This document shows, one piece after another, positions 37,301-37,857 of a stretch of 37,857 bases of DNA. The stretch is from Octopus bimaculoides (Eukaryota): NCBI RefSeq assembly GCF_001194135.2, contig NC_068982.1, positions 159,732,582-159,770,438 of the forward strand, written 5' to 3'. Made by a program: the position numbers and the translations under genes. Under the pieces are notes generated by a model, which searched no databases, was not told where the DNA came from, and saw only the letters and a program-made list of their open reading frames with translations. Numbering within the stretch: position 1 is the first letter of the stretch; every line of letters starts with the position of its first letter.

Positions 37301-37534
37301 AATATAGTGTTCGAAAATAAAGCGTTCGAAAAATGTGGATGTGATATACACAATGCCATTTTAAGACATTATGATTCTAGTAATATACATGTTGTAGAAA
37401 ATTGTGCATAAATGCGCACACAAAAGCGCGCGCGCACTCACACAAACACGTAGAGTCAAATAACTACACTCACAGAAGCGCATACATTTGTCTTATTTGT
37501 ATGTATGAGTATATATATATATATATATATATAA

Positions 37535-37857
37535 GCAATGTTAATTCTCTAAATGAAGTATTAACAGTAACTGCACGATAAAGTGTAGTATATTGCCACT
37601 TAAGTGTGGCTGACCCCTAGGGGTGGATGTTACTGTTGCTTTTAGCCCCAGGAGGACATCTCCTCCAGCTGGCTTATCGACACACGACTGTGTCCTGTTT
37701 GCCAAGGGAGTTATCCCTCTCACCACGACCAGCAGCACGAACGCATCCGGATTTCAGGGTTATTTCCCTTCTTCGGCGTTCGACAGCTGATGACCTTGGT
37801 GAGAGAGAAAAACCTGGCAAAATCTTATATCTTCTTTTCCAGTGACATTCTTCACTG
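37535..37857 (-). mobile_element. Retrozyme-like element C (same family as A and B), cut by window edge
   Basis: Shares GACACAC..TGTGTCCT, TAGCCCCAGGAGG, a terminal CTCTAAA and a CAGTG..CACTG hairpin with A and/or B. (TA)n flank. Hammerhead at 37738-37782. Confidence 0.7.
37738..37782 (-). ncRNA. Minimal type I hammerhead fold with two core deviations
   Basis: Minus strand: CGAACG CCGAAGA AGGG aaataa CCCT GAAA TCCGGA TG CGTTCG. Perfect 6-bp stem I, 4-bp stem II, palindromic stem III. C at position 4 and G at position 17. Confidence 0.7.

Overview
AT-rich, microsatellite-dense eukaryotic scaffold with many N gaps, mostly flanked by (TA)n. The repeat content looks cephalopod/octopus-like, which is an inference from recalled repeat families and not proven. 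No intact protein-coding gene could be identified. The long ORFs in the track are gap, microsatellite or antisense artefacts, or decayed transposon fragments. Supported elements: two 3' ends of an R4/Dong-like RLE LINE in (TAA)n arrays; a 5'-truncated Penelope-like element (PLE) with RT and GIY-YIG; a Mag-like Ty3/Gypsy element with 5' LTR, tRNA-Ser PBS, gag, protease and RT; three Tc1/mariner remnants; SINEs; and a 546-bp foldback. The main finding is three related non-coding 300-540 bp elements (5603-6052, 11010-11545, 37535-37857) beside TA arrays. Each carries a minimal type I hammerhead ribozyme fold with different but still pairing stems. Two show direct or inverted terminal repeats (361- and 300-nt periods). 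This is a candidate retrozyme-like, PLE-dependent family. Three more hammerhead-like motifs lie in putative PLE pseudo-LTR remnants. A few low-confidence candidate exons of an unidentified host gene are noted. All folds and alignments were done by eye.
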